Part shown: piece by piece, positions 9,931 to 20,718 of the stretch
Position numbering within the stretch: position 1 is the first letter of the stretch
How the letters are laid out: each line of letters opens with the position of its first letter
Origin: Dehalococcoidia bacterium
GTDB lineage: Bacteria > Chloroflexota > Dehalococcoidia > Lucifugimonadales > UBA2985
Length of the DNA stretch: 39,942 bases
Assembly (NCBI GenBank): GCA_963582505.1
Contig: CAUZSC010000003.1
Location: 1 to 39,942 of the forward strand
Reading direction: 5' to 3'
Notes under the pieces: model-generated
What the model was told of the DNA's origin: nothing
Database searches by the model: none
The model's input: the letters and a program-made list of their open reading frames with translations, nothing else
Position numbers and translations under genes: made by a program

Positions 9931-10053
9931 ACAATTAATCAGTTGCTTTGTGGTCGCCTTCTATAACGCAATATACAGATCATTATGTATGTTTGCACAG
10001 GGGTGCAGTATAGCATACCAATCAAATATAAATAATGGGAACGGAGAATCAAA

Positions 10054-11511
10054 GTGGCAACTATCAATAAGGTTGTACATGAGGTAGCAGAGCAACAGTA
10101 TAACTACGGTTGGGTAACCGACATTGAGACTGAGAGCCTCCCTCCTGGCCTCAATGAGGATGTAGTAAGGTTTATATCAGCAAAAAAAAATGAGCCTGAG
10201 TTTATGTTGGAATGGAGGCTTAAGGCCTACAAACATTTTGTTAGCCTGCTCGACAAAGAGCAAAGGCCAGACTGGGCTAATGTAAAATTCCCTAAGATAG
10301 ATTTCCAAAGTATAAGCTATTATGCAGCTCCAAAAACCAAAAATGAACTTGGAAGTCTAGACGAAGTAGACCCAGAACTCCTCAAAACATATGCGAAGCT
10401 TGGTATACCATTGGAGGAGCAGAAAATGCTTTCTGGTGTCGCCGTAGATGCTGTATTTGACAGCGTTTCTATAGCAACTACTTTTAAAGGCGAATTAGCA
10501 AAACAGGGTATTATATTCTGCTCAATGTCAGAAGCAATACAAAACCATCCAGATCTCATAAAAAAATACTTGGGGTCGATAGTTCCTTACACAGACAATT
10601 TTTATGTGGCTCTGAATTCCGCTGTGTTTTCAGATGGTTCATTCTGCTACATCCCAAAAGGCGTCAGATGTCCCATGGAACTTACGACATACTTCAGGAT
10701 AAACGCACAAGGTTCTGGCCAATTCGAAAGAACCTTGATTATCGCTGACGAGAGTAGTTATGTAAGCTATCTTGAAGGATGTAGTGCTCCTATGAGAGAT
10801 GAAAATCAACTGCATGCCGCAGTTGTGGAGTTGATAACATTAGACAATGCTGAGATAAAATATTCCACTATACAAAACTGGTATCCTGGCGACGAAAATG
10901 GCAAAGGCGGAATATATAACTTTGTCACTAAACGTGGCAAATGCGCAGGAGTAAACTCTAAAATATCGTGGACACAGGTTGAAACTGGATCTGCAATAAC
11001 TTGGAAGTACCCGAGTGTTATTCTTCAAGGAGATAATTCTATAGGAGAATTCTACTCGGTGGCATTAGTCAAAGGTTATCAACAGGCAGATACCGGAACA
11101 AAGATGACTCATATAGGTAAAAACACTCGGAGTACTATAATAGCTAAAGGTATATCAGCAGGGCATGCACAAAACACATATCGTGGCTTAGTACGAATAA
11201 ATCCTAAAGCTGATAACTCTTGGAACTTTACACAATGCGACTCGCTACTGGTGGGTGATCAGTGCGGAGCACATACTACGCCTTACGTAGAAGTTAAGAA
11301 CAGCACTGCTCACTTGGAGCATGAAGCCTTCACTTCTAGAGTAAGTGAAGATCAACTGTTCTACTGCCAACAACGGGGCTTGTCAATGGAAGATGCACAC
11401 TCTCTGATAATCAACGGTTTCTGTAAAGAAGTCTTCCGACAACTGCCGCTAGAATTCGCCGTTGAAGCTACACGCCTGCTAGAAATGAATTTAGAAAACA
11501 CTGTAGGCTAA
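10054..11511 (+). CDS. sufB: Fe-S cluster assembly scaffold SufB
   Basis: [42 protein letters not shown]; GTG start after GGAG. Confidence 0.97.
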   Translation: MATINKVVHEVAEQQYNYGWVTDIETESLPPGLNEDVVRFISAKKNEPEFMLEWRLKAYKHFVSLLDKEQRPDWANVKFPKIDFQSISYYAAPKTKNELGSLDEVDPELLKTYAKLGIPLEEQKMLSGVAVDAVFDSVSIATTFKGELAKQGIIFCSMSEAIQNHPDLIKKYLGSIVPYTDNFYVALNSAVFSDGSFCYIPKGVRCPMELTTYFRINAQGSGQFERTLIIADESSYVSYLEGCSAPMRDENQLHAAVVELITLDNAEIKYSTIQNWYPGDENGKGGIYNFVTKRGKCAGVNSKISWTQVETGSAITWKYPSVILQGDNSIGEFYSVALVKGYQQADTGTKMTHIGKNTRSTIIAKGISAGHAQNTYRGLVRINPKADNSWNFTQCDSLLVGDQCGAHTTPYVEVKNSTAHLEHEAFTSRVSEDQLFYCQQRGLSMEDAHSLIINGFCKEVFRQLPLEFAVEATRLLEMNLENTVG

Positions 11512-11528
11512 ATACGGAAGGATCATAC

Positions 11529-12287
11529 ATGCTGGATATAAGCAATTTACATGCATCTATAGATAATAATGAAATACTTAAGGGAATTAATCTTAAGGTA
11601 CAACCAGGAGAGATCCATGCCATAATGGGACCAAACGGTTCTGGCAAAAGCACTCTCGCTAACGTACTAGCCGGGCATCCTTCGTTTAGTGTTACCTCTG
11701 GTGAAGCAACACTAAACAAAGAAAATCTACTAAAAATGCTTCCAGAAGAACGTGCCAGAGCAGGTGTATTCTTATGCTTTCAACACCCGGTAGAAGTATC
11801 TGGTGTACGCCTAGATCACTTTATGAGAGCGGGGTATAACGCCATTCAGAAGAGTAGAGGCAAGGAAGAAATGGACGTACTGAAATTCGACCGTATGCTG
11901 AATGAGAAAGTCCAAATTGTAGAAATGGACAGAAATCTGATTAAGCGTGCTGTAAACGAAGGCTTTTCTGGAGGCGAAAAGAAACGTAACGAAATCCTGC
12001 AAATGGCTGTATATGAGCCAACACTATCTATCCTTGATGAGCCCGATTCTGGACTGGATGTAGACGCTCTAAGAATTGTAGCTAATGGAATAAATCAATT
12101 ACGCACTCCCGAAAAGTCGATTATACTCGTAACCCATTACCAAAGAATTCTCAATTACGTTGTACCTGATAAAGTACACGTTCTTATCAACGGACGAATC
12201 GTTAAATCCGGAGACAAAGACCTTGCAAAAGAGATAGAAGAGCGGGGTTATGACTGGATAGAAACGGATATTCAGGCTAGCAAATAA
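11529..12287 (+). CDS. sufC: Fe-S cluster assembly ATPase SufC
   Basis: GPNGSGKST, NEGFSGGEKKRNE, LDEPDSGLD, VTHYQR. Confidence 0.97.
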   Translation: MLDISNLHASIDNNEILKGINLKVQPGEIHAIMGPNGSGKSTLANVLAGHPSFSVTSGEATLNKENLLKMLPEERARAGVFLCFQHPVEVSGVRLDHFMRAGYNAIQKSRGKEEMDVLKFDRMLNEKVQIVEMDRNLIKRAVNEGFSGGEKKRNEILQMAVYEPTLSILDEPDSGLDVDALRIVANGINQLRTPEKSIILVTHYQRILNYVVPDKVHVLINGRIVKSGDKDLAKEIEERGYDWIETDIQASK

Positions 12288-12301
12288 GGATACTCCTAAC
12301 T

Positions 12302-13639
12302 ATGACTCAATCCCCATCGAAGCAGATAGATCATTATGTGAAAAGCTATAACTCCTTCTTGAGTGAAATCTCAGGAAATAGTCCCACATGGCTTGGAGAC
12401 TTACGTGCAAATGGGATGAAGCACTTTCAGAACCTAGGACTGCCTATTGAGAGAAGAGGAAATGAGGAGTGGAAATATACCGACGTAAGACCAATTTCAC
12501 GTATTGATTTTGACACTCCTGCAGATATCAGTTCAGTAGACGCAAATGCACTAACTAATATCACGTTCGGAGATAGCAATTGGCCTTGCCTAATATTCTT
12601 AGACGGAATCTACTCAGAAAAACTAAGTAACCTATCTGGACTTCCATCTGAAATAGTTGCGCTCAATCTACCTGAGGCCGTAAATAAATATCCAGATATC
12701 ACCAGAGAACATCTTTCTCAGCATGCCCCCTATCACGATAATGGGTTTGCTGCCCTAAATACAGCTTTTATTAATGATGGGGCTTTCGTGTATGTTAAAG
12801 AAGAAGCATCTCTGAATGAACCGCTAAGGCTACTATTTATTTCTACATCCAGAGTACAGGAATCTATATCTAATCCAAGGATTCTCATAGTCACTGGCAA
12901 TAACAGCCAAGCTACTATAATAGAAGGTTACGCGGGAATTTCAGATACTCCATATTTATCCAACTCTGTGACTGAGATAGTAGTTGGTCAGGGATCAAAT
13001 CTAAAATATTATAAAACTCAAATCCAAGATAATAATGCGTTTCACATCACAAATACCCATGTATTGCTGCAACGGGATAGTTACATGTCTTCGGTTAATA
13101 TAGATCTGGGTGGTAGGTTAGTTAGAAATAATCTTAATGTTATTACTGGCGACGAAAATGCTAGCTGCAAACTAAATGGCTTATACATGGTTACAGGATC
13201 ACAACATGTAGACAATCAGGTTATCATAGACCACGCAAAACCATACACAACTAGTCGAGAACTCTACAAGGGCATATTAGATGGAAAATCACGCTCCGTA
13301 TTTCATGGAAGCATCATAGTACGCGAGGGTGCTGAGAAAGTTAATGCCCACCAAGTTGATAAGAATTTGCTGCTATCTGACGAAGCAGAAGCCGATACTA
13401 AACCGGCATTTTGGATATACTGTGATGACGTGAAATGCGGGCATGGAGCAGCTTGTGGCCAGATGGACGACACTGCTCTTTTCTACCTGCGCAGCAGAGG
13501 CATAGATGAGCAATCTGCCAAAAGAATGCTGACACAGGCATTTGTGAATGAAATAATAGAAGGTATAGAGAATGAATCATATCGCCTGCATATCAGCGAA
13601 TTGGTTCAGGGCATGCTACAGGATTGGTTAACTGCTTAA
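12302..13639 (+). CDS. sufD: Fe-S cluster assembly protein SufD
   Basis: EEWKYTD, YKGILDG, DDVKCGHGA, LFYLRSRGI. Confidence 0.95.
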   Translation: MTQSPSKQIDHYVKSYNSFLSEISGNSPTWLGDLRANGMKHFQNLGLPIERRGNEEWKYTDVRPISRIDFDTPADISSVDANALTNITFGDSNWPCLIFLDGIYSEKLSNLSGLPSEIVALNLPEAVNKYPDITREHLSQHAPYHDNGFAALNTAFINDGAFVYVKEEASLNEPLRLLFISTSRVQESISNPRILIVTGNNSQATIIEGYAGISDTPYLSNSVTEIVVGQGSNLKYYKTQIQDNNAFHITNTHVLLQRDSYMSSVNIDLGGRLVRNNLNVITGDENASCKLNGLYMVTGSQHVDNQVIIDHAKPYTTSRELYKGILDGKSRSVFHGSIIVREGAEKVNAHQVDKNLLLSDEAEADTKPAFWIYCDDVKCGHGAACGQMDDTALFYLRSRGIDEQSAKRMLTQAFVNEIIEGIENESYRLHISELVQGMLQDWLTA

Positions 13640-13683
13640 ATCAAAGCTAATCATTATGTAGATTGTCCTATACGAGCAGACAT

Positions 13684-14916
13684 ATGCTAGATGTAAAAAA
13701 AATACGTAAAGATTTTCCAATACTGTCACGCCAAGTATATGGGAAACAGCTTGTATATCTTGATAACGCTGCAACATCACAGAAACCCTCTTCTGTTATA
13801 CAAGCTTTAGTAGAATATTACGAAAAATATAATTCGAATATCCATAGAGGCGTTCACGCACTCAGTATGGAGGCAACAGAAAGATACGAAGAAGCCAGAA
13901 GAAAATGTGCTGCCTTCATCAATGCTCCATCCATAGAAGGCCTTATATTCGTAAGGAATACTACAGAGGCTATAAATTTAGTCGCTCAAACATGGGCCAA
14001 AAGCAATATAGGAGAAGGAGATGAGATTCTACTTACTCATATGGAACATCACAGTAATCTTGTCCCATGGCAAAAAGTCGCACATGAACAAAAAGCTACT
14101 CTAAGATTCATACCTTTAACTGAAGACCAGCAACTCGATCTATCGAATATAGACAGCCTGATAAACAGCAAAACCAAGCTAGTCGCAGTGAATCATATGT
14201 CAAACGTTTTAGGCACCATAAACCCTATAAACCAGCTCACCAACCTAGCCCATGATGTAGGAGCTAGAATACTTATCGATGGAGCTCAAAGCGTTCCACA
14301 TATCAAGACAGATGTCGTAGATATTGGATGTGATTTCTTAGCGTTCTCCGGTCATAAAATGCTTGGTCCTACTGGCATAGGAGCCCTCTACGTAAAAGAA
14401 GACCTATTAGCTAACATGGAGCCCTTTCTGAGAGGTGGAGAGATGGTGAGAGAAGTATCGGACTATAATGCAACCTGGAATGACCTCCCAATGAAATTCG
14501 AGGCTGGCACTCCAAATATAGCCGACACAATAGCACTGGGAGCTGCAATAGATTACTTAGAAAGTGTTGGAATGGACAATATACGCCAACACGAAATAAA
14601 CATAACCCAATACGCACTTAAGGCGTTCCAAGAGATTGACAATGTAAAAGTCTTTGGACCATTAGACCCTGATAAAAGGGGTGGGATAGTATCATTCTAC
14701 TGTAAGGACGTACATCCTCATGATTTAGGGACAGCACTGGACACTGAAGGAATAGCAATAAGAACAGGTCACCACTGTGCTATGCCACTAATGAATAAAC
14801 TATCCGTACCTGCTACGGCTAGGGCAAGTTTTTATATTTACAACACGGAAGAGGAAATTGACTACTTGATATCGGCAATTAAAAAGGCGCTGACTTACTT
14901 CTCGAGAAGTCGATAA
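13684..14916 (+). CDS. sufS: Cysteine desulfurase SufS
   Basis: YLDNAATSQKP, FSGHKMLGPTG, RTGHHCA. ATG 13684 preferred over TTG 13663. Confidence 0.96.
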   Translation: MLDVKKIRKDFPILSRQVYGKQLVYLDNAATSQKPSSVIQALVEYYEKYNSNIHRGVHALSMEATERYEEARRKCAAFINAPSIEGLIFVRNTTEAINLVAQTWAKSNIGEGDEILLTHMEHHSNLVPWQKVAHEQKATLRFIPLTEDQQLDLSNIDSLINSKTKLVAVNHMSNVLGTINPINQLTNLAHDVGARILIDGAQSVPHIKTDVVDIGCDFLAFSGHKMLGPTGIGALYVKEDLLANMEPFLRGGEMVREVSDYNATWNDLPMKFEAGTPNIADTIALGAAIDYLESVGMDNIRQHEINITQYALKAFQEIDNVKVFGPLDPDKRGGIVSFYCKDVHPHDLGTALDTEGIAIRTGHHCAMPLMNKLSVPATARASFYIYNTEEEIDYLISAIKKALTYFSRSR

Positions 14917-14969
14917 TCAATGCCAGTCACTTAACCAATGCAAACTATTAGTATATACTTGCAAATAAC

Positions 14970-15428
14970 ATGAATAAACAATCCTCTGATTTCTCAGAAT
15001 TGGATGACTTATATCAAGAGATAATCTTAGATCATTACAGAAGTCCTCGTAATCAGAAAAAATTAGATACTGTAGATATTGCGGCAGAAGGTTTCAATCC
15101 ATTCTGTGGCGACAAGGTACTGTTATCTATAAAGCTTGAAGACAACGTAGTAGAGCAGGTAAGCTTTGAGGGAAATGGATGTTCCATAAGTCAAGCCTCC
15201 GCCTCTATGTTAACTAACCTTATAAAAGGTGAAACTCTTGATAAAGCCCGCTCCCTCTACTCCTCTTTCAGAGAACTGATGCACGGCACACCCAAAGAGA
15301 CCTTAGACGATCTGGGCGAGGCTGAAGCTTTGGAAGGTGTAAGGCAATTTCCTATACGGATAAAATGTGCGCTACTTGCCTGGGTTGCATTGGAAGATGG
15401 TATCAAAAAATATACAAATGTTACTTAA
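14970..15428 (+). CDS. sufU: SufU-type sulfur-transfer/scaffold protein
   Basis: LYQEIILDH, NPFCGD, GCSISQAS, RIKC. Confidence 0.93.
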   Translation: MNKQSSDFSELDDLYQEIILDHYRSPRNQKKLDTVDIAAEGFNPFCGDKVLLSIKLEDNVVEQVSFEGNGCSISQASASMLTNLIKGETLDKARSLYSSFRELMHGTPKETLDDLGEAEALEGVRQFPIRIKCALLAWVALEDGIKKYTNVT

Positions 15429-16054
15429 TACCTAGCCTTTATAAAAATATACGCTTTTATAAATATCAAAAGGTAGAAGACACCGAATATATATCCCCCA
15501 ATCACATCAGTTATCCAATGCCTACCGTCATGAACGAGCCACAATCCAGATAAAAGAATATACACCAATCCAATAGGACACAGAACTCTGACAACATTCC
15601 TATTCTCCAACATTCTCCATGCAAGGAATATCAAGAATCCATAGAATAATACTAAGTGTACCGCATGACCACTGGGAAAACTATAACCCTGTATACCTCC
15701 GTATCCTATAAGAACATCCACCACTTCATTTGTAGGCCTTGGCCGACCTATAATATGTTTAATAACCATATTCGCAAGATTTGGTATCATGACTGCTAAT
15801 AAAAAAATTGCTTCTATCCTATACCTCTTAAGCCAAAATATTAAAGAGATTATTACCATAAGTAATCCAGCAACCCCTCTAATACCCATCCAAAAAATAA
15901 CTCCGCTTAGAAACGATAAATGTTCTAAACTGTTCTCTTGAACTAGATTAGTAAACTTAAGATCCAAAGAAAAAACATCTACTCTAAGTACCACTAATGT
16001 GTAAATAATGGCAGTCAATAATGTAGCAGCAATGCTCAAATTTAATTTCATCAA
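15425..16054 (-). CDS. PAP2-family membrane phosphatase
   Basis: KHIIGRPRP, SFPSGH, HWITDV; several hydrophobic helices. Confidence 0.85.
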   Translation of the reverse strand: MMKLNLSIAATLLTAIIYTLVVLRVDVFSLDLKFTNLVQENSLEHLSFLSGVIFWMGIRGVAGLLMVIISLIFWLKRYRIEAIFLLAVMIPNLANMVIKHIIGRPRPTNEVVDVLIGYGGIQGYSFPSGHAVHLVLFYGFLIFLAWRMLENRNVVRVLCPIGLVYILLSGLWLVHDGRHWITDVIGGYIFGVFYLLIFIKAYIFIKARY

Positions 16055-16161
16055 TAGGTTATATATCCACTAAATGCACCAACCAATTCATTGTGGAGTA
16101 TAATGCACTCCAAATTATGAGTGCAATCGCTCGTAGTCAAAACTTATATATATGGAGCCAT

Positions 16162-17130
16162 ATGACAACAGGCGAAACTTCTACCAAAGGATCTATACAA
16201 AGTGCCAGTAAACCAACACCAAAATATATCTGGTACGGCGGGGATATATTACCCTGGGATGATGCCAAGGTACACGTAACAGACATGTCTTGGACTTCCA
16301 TATCAGCAGTTTTTGAAGGTATACGTGGATATTGGAATAAAACAACAAACGAACATTACATATTCAGACTGGATGCACATCTTAAACGTTTAAATCAATC
16401 CATGAAATTGATGCGTATGAACTGCCCATATTCTGATGAGGAAATCATACAAGGTATACTGACATTATCAAGAGTCAATGAAATCCGAGGTGATCTATAT
16501 ATCACTCCATTTGCTTACTTTAGTGGTTCTATACCGGGATATGAAGTGGCATTCCAGGAGCCTGTTGAAATCTATATAACTGCAGTTCCCAATGACTCGA
16601 ATCTAGAAGCTCATCGTGGAAGTCACTGTTGTGTGAGTAGTTGGGTGCGTATTTCAGATAACAGCATGCCACCCAGGGCCAAAAGTATTTCAAATTACCA
16701 GAACAGCAGATTGGTTTCAACCGAGGCAAAACTCAACGGTTATGATTCCGGCATAATCCTAAATAACCAAGGCAAAGTTTCAGAGGGTGCCTATGCATGC
16801 ATATTCATAATCAGAGATGGTGTAGCAATCACACCCCCGGTAACAGCAGGAATATTAGAAAGTATCACTAGGGATAGTGTGATCCAGATTCTCAGGGAAG
16901 ACTTGAACATAGAAGTCAGAGAGAGAAACATAGACAGAACGGAACTCTACATAGCAGATGAAGTATTGCTATGCGGTACATATGCTGAAATAGAGCCCGT
17001 TATATCAATAGATAAATATACAATAGGAACAGGTGATCCTGGTCCTATTACCAATCATCTCCGAGGAATTTATAAAAATATAGTTACTGGCAATGCTAAA
17101 ACACGAACTAAATGGGTTACCAAAGTCTAA
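16162..17130 (+). CDS. PLP fold-type IV aminotransferase (IlvE-like, divergent)
   Basis: VFEGIRGY, IFRLDAHLKRL, AKSISNY, SEG, ILESITR, ADE; ATG 16162 follows GGAG. Confidence 0.88.
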   Translation: MTTGETSTKGSIQSASKPTPKYIWYGGDILPWDDAKVHVTDMSWTSISAVFEGIRGYWNKTTNEHYIFRLDAHLKRLNQSMKLMRMNCPYSDEEIIQGILTLSRVNEIRGDLYITPFAYFSGSIPGYEVAFQEPVEIYITAVPNDSNLEAHRGSHCCVSSWVRISDNSMPPRAKSISNYQNSRLVSTEAKLNGYDSGIILNNQGKVSEGAYACIFIIRDGVAITPPVTAGILESITRDSVIQILREDLNIEVRERNIDRTELYIADEVLLCGTYAEIEPVISIDKYTIGTGDPGPITNHLRGIYKNIVTGNAKTRTKWVTKV

Positions 17131-17190
17131 AAAACGAATTATGTATTTGATCTATTAGCAAAATTGTATCGTCTATATAGGAGATGTAAA

Positions 17191-17418
17191 ATGAATAAAG
17201 ATCTTTGCCTTAGTTATCAAGAATTGATTGAACATTTGACAGGGCAAATAGGAACACAAGTACGCCGATTAGCCCTACAGAGTTCCGCTATGGCAGCAGC
17301 CGAACAAGTAGAATATAGAGGTGAAAGGATAACTTCAGTTGGTGGGCGTATCGAATCCATTGCTATGCTAGCAATACAAGATTTCCTTGATTTGTGTTTC
17401 GAAGAAAATAAGGCTTAA
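17191..17418 (+). CDS. Small hypothetical protein (75 aa)
   Basis: AGGAG upstream of ATG 17191; co-oriented with neighbours. Confidence 0.6.
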   Translation: MNKDLCLSYQELIEHLTGQIGTQVRRLALQSSAMAAAEQVEYRGERITSVGGRIESIAMLAIQDFLDLCFEENKA

Positions 17419-17480
17419 ATATATTAGTGCTTGGCATTGATTGTAAATGCTTAGTAGTAGTGAAGATGAATAAACCTTAA

Positions 17481-18770
17481 ATGGAAAGGTTTATCGTTAG
17501 AATATTGAACACTAACAAATCATACCATCAAGAACCCAAACCTGCGTTATTCTATGGCTGGATAATACTGCCAGTGGCAGGACTCGCATTATTTCTATCA
17601 GGTCCCGGCCAAACTTACAATATATCTGTATTTATAGACCCAATAATAGAAGAGACTGGATGGTCCAGAACCTTGATATCCAGCATATACACTGCTGGGT
17701 CTCTGTCAGCATCTTTAGGAATGATAATAGTTGGAAGATTACTGGATAAATACGGTGCTCGAATTATGTTGGTATTAATAGGGGTACTTTTTGGTATCGC
17801 CCTACTATTCATGGGAACTGTAAAGGTACCTATAGCACTGTACTTGGGATTTGCAGCCATCAGAACTCTAGGACAAGGATCACTGATCTTAATCCCAACT
17901 ACCCTTATATCTCTGTGGTTCGTAAAATTTAGAGGTAAAGCGACTGCTCTAGCAACATTAGGATTACCACTCAGTCAGGCTACATTGCCTATTTTGACAT
18001 TAACTCTCATATCACGATTTGGTTGGAGAAGTGCCTGGTCTATTCTCGCAATATCCGTATGGATATTGTTAATAATACCTGCAATATTTATTGTCAGGCG
18101 CAGCCCTGAATCTTTGGGATTATCACCGGATGGAAATGATGTATCTCCAAAGCATGAAGAAATTAGCAAATCAGAAGCCTCACCACAAAAAACAGACTGG
18201 ACAGTTAGAGAAGCTTTGAGCACCCGTACTTTCTGGTTATTGTTATTCGCAGGATCTTCTCAATCTCTAATAACTACTGCATTAATATTCCATCAAATAT
18301 CCATATTCTCTACTAGAGGGCTAGATGCACATTTGGCTGCTTTTGCTATCACAGTAATGGCAGTAATGTCCTTGTTTGGAAACTTAATATCCGGATACCT
18401 AGCGGATAAATTCCCAAATCGTTATGTGATAGTAATATCCAATGGAATTATTTTGATTGCCATGATCTTTGTTCTCTATATATCTAATGCTACACATGCA
18501 CTTATCTATGGGTGTCTTTTAGGACTCGGATCTGGCATACACATGAATATAACAACCGTAATATGGCCAAACTACTTTGGGAGAACTCACTTGGGGAGTA
18601 TCCGGGGCATAGCAACAATGGGCGGCGTCGCATCCGCTGCATTGGGACCTATGCCGTTTGGCATACTATTCGATATAACCGGAAACTATTCAATGTCTAT
18701 ATTGCTCTTTGTGGCCCTGCCTACAGCATGTGCCATAGCAGCAATATTTGCTAAACCACCGCTTAAATAA
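17481..18770 (+). CDS. MFS transporter
   Basis: About 12 hydrophobic segments; GRLLDKYGAR and GYLADKF motif A. Confidence 0.9.
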   Translation: MERFIVRILNTNKSYHQEPKPALFYGWIILPVAGLALFLSGPGQTYNISVFIDPIIEETGWSRTLISSIYTAGSLSASLGMIIVGRLLDKYGARIMLVLIGVLFGIALLFMGTVKVPIALYLGFAAIRTLGQGSLILIPTTLISLWFVKFRGKATALATLGLPLSQATLPILTLTLISRFGWRSAWSILAISVWILLIIPAIFIVRRSPESLGLSPDGNDVSPKHEEISKSEASPQKTDWTVREALSTRTFWLLLFAGSSQSLITTALIFHQISIFSTRGLDAHLAAFAITVMAVMSLFGNLISGYLADKFPNRYVIVISNGIILIAMIFVLYISNATHALIYGCLLGLGSGIHMNITTVIWPNYFGRTHLGSIRGIATMGGVASAALGPMPFGILFDITGNYSMSILLFVALPTACAIAAIFAKPPLK

Positions 18771-18793
18771 AATCCCTGTATCAGAAGGTTATT

Positions 18794-19180
18794 ATGGTAA
18801 CTAAAAAAGTTTTCTTGATTGTAGTAAGTGCTCTATTCCTCTTTAACATAGCAACTTTTATCTGTATGAGTGTAAGGCTAGGACATACCGAAACCGATAC
18901 CCAAACACAAGTAAACAATATGAAAGATATAATCTACGTATTCCTAGCTGAAGATGATGTCAATAATAGCAGCATGCACGAAAAACTGAGCGATGTAGTG
19001 GGCAACATAACCAAACTAGAAATATCCCTGTTAGAGAATATAAACTCGCTAAGTTTGATAGATAACAATTATGAAAAAACCTGGAACAACTTCAATATCC
19101 TATTCGGGTTACATGCAGGCGAATGGAAAGAACGCTGGGTGGAAACACCTACTGGACCAACTTTATTGCTGGAAGATTAA
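18794..19180 (+). CDS. Hypothetical membrane-anchored or secreted protein
   Basis: N-terminal hydrophobic helix; co-oriented with short gaps. Confidence 0.6.
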   Translation: MVTKKVFLIVVSALFLFNIATFICMSVRLGHTETDTQTQVNNMKDIIYVFLAEDDVNNSSMHEKLSDVVGNITKLEISLLENINSLSLIDNNYEKTWNNFNILFGLHAGEWKERWVETPTGPTLLLED

Positions 19181-19212
19181 GCAATATACATACCTGACAA
19201 AGGAGATAAGAT

Positions 19213-19938
19213 ATGGACATTAACGAAAAGGTAATTCTGGTAACAGGGCCTAACAGGGGTATTGGCAAATCTATATCATTGGCTATGGCTAACCTTGGTG
19301 CAAAGGTTGCAGTCACTGGACGGGACTTGAACTCACTAAATACTGTAGTGGAGGAGATAGAAAATCACAATGGAACTGCCAAATCTTTCACACTGGACGT
19401 AACGAAAGATAACCAAGCTATTGAAGTTGCAAATAGTGTCTTACGGGAGTGGGGGCGACTTGATGTGCTAATAAACAACGCTGGGGTTTGTCTATATGAC
19501 ACCCCCGTTTGGAAAACCTCTGTAGAAGAATGGGATTATATTATGAACACAAATCTCAGGGGTTTATTCCTAGCCTGCCATGCAGTAATACCTCATATGA
19601 TGGAACAAAAAGAAGGTTGTATAATTAATATAGGGTCCTCTGCAGGTAAAGTCATTGAGGATGAAAAAGGGCTATATTCGTATGGACCCTATGCTACCTC
19701 TAAGTGGGGAGTAGTAGGATACACAATCTCTCTAGCTAAATCCCTGATCCAATATGGTATAACCGTAAATGGCATAAATCCCAGTTGGGTTGATACTGAT
19801 ATGGCTAGAAATCGTGTACCAGGAGGTAGTGAGAACTGGATCAAACCAGAAGAGATAGCGAGTGCAGTGAAATATCTAATTACGGAAGCTCCAAAAACAA
19901 TGACTGGCCAGTTTATAGATATGTTTGGTGGAGATTAA
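19213..19938 (+). CDS. SDR-family oxidoreductase
   Basis: TGPNRGIG, NNAG, YATSK. Confidence 0.92.
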   Translation: MDINEKVILVTGPNRGIGKSISLAMANLGAKVAVTGRDLNSLNTVVEEIENHNGTAKSFTLDVTKDNQAIEVANSVLREWGRLDVLINNAGVCLYDTPVWKTSVEEWDYIMNTNLRGLFLACHAVIPHMMEQKEGCIINIGSSAGKVIEDEKGLYSYGPYATSKWGVVGYTISLAKSLIQYGITVNGINPSWVDTDMARNRVPGGSENWIKPEEIASAVKYLITEAPKTMTGQFIDMFGGD

Positions 19939-20000
19939 TGTGTTATAGCATGCATTTTTATGGATGATACAATCTATATATCTCGAATAAGGAGTACTTA

Positions 20001-20387
20001 ATGAGTTTCAAATGGATAGATCACGTTGTAATAGCGGTCAAAGACATGGATCAGGCGATATCCACCTACAGGGACAAACTTGGATTGAAGCTGAGAGGAA
20101 TAAATAACGCTCCTGAGCTTGGTATCAAACAAGCCCATTTTGATCTGGGAGATGGAAGGTTCATTGAATTGGCCGAGCCACTTGGCCCAGAAACAGCAGT
20201 AGGGCGTTCTATAGAAAGACGGGGCGAAGGCATCCATATTCTAGCGGTAGCAGTTGAGAACATGGAGAAAACCAAGGAAGAATATGAAAGTAAAGGTATT
20301 CAGTTAATAGCTGATGGTGACCAGGTTTTCCTACATCCCAAATCCACAAATGGAGTTTTGATTCAGCTAATTGAACGGCCTTCATAG
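20001..20387 (+). CDS. VOC-family protein (methylmalonyl-CoA epimerase-like)
   Basis: IDHVVIAV, IELAEP, RGEGIHILAVAV, LHPKSTNGVLIQL. Confidence 0.85.
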   Translation: MSFKWIDHVVIAVKDMDQAISTYRDKLGLKLRGINNAPELGIKQAHFDLGDGRFIELAEPLGPETAVGRSIERRGEGIHILAVAVENMEKTKEEYESKGIQLIADGDQVFLHPKSTNGVLIQLIERPS

Positions 20388-20388
20388 A

Positions 20389-20553
20389 ATGTCTTATATT
20401 AATACAACGGCAAAGGTCATTGGACTTATTCTGATTAAACCTATGCTAAGCATAATGGCAATCATTGTAATATTTGCCATTATGGCCACATTATTCTGGG
20501 TAACAAACCTTGCCATAGAACTATTATCACTAGTATTTGGGTCTTTAAGATAA
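20389..20553 (+). CDS. Small membrane protein (54 aa)
   Basis: ATG 1 nt after the VOC stop; long hydrophobic stretch. Confidence 0.5.
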   Translation: MSYINTTAKVIGLILIKPMLSIMAIIVIFAIMATLFWVTNLAIELLSLVFGSLR

Positions 20554-20718
20554 ATTCATGAAAACTATATCAAAGATACTCTCAAGCCCATTTACGCAAT
20601 TATGACTGTAAGTAGTAGCAGCCTAGATAGTTGCGAGAATAGCCGGACATTAAATTACTTGTTTTGATTTATCACCAGAGACACGGTTACCACACATGAA
20701 GCCATTAGGAGTAGCACA

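Noticed and set aside
9881-10087. 68-aa ORF upstream of sufB as a regulator or leader peptide
   Set aside because: Its TTG start is the predicted -35 box; no RBS or recognisable motif.
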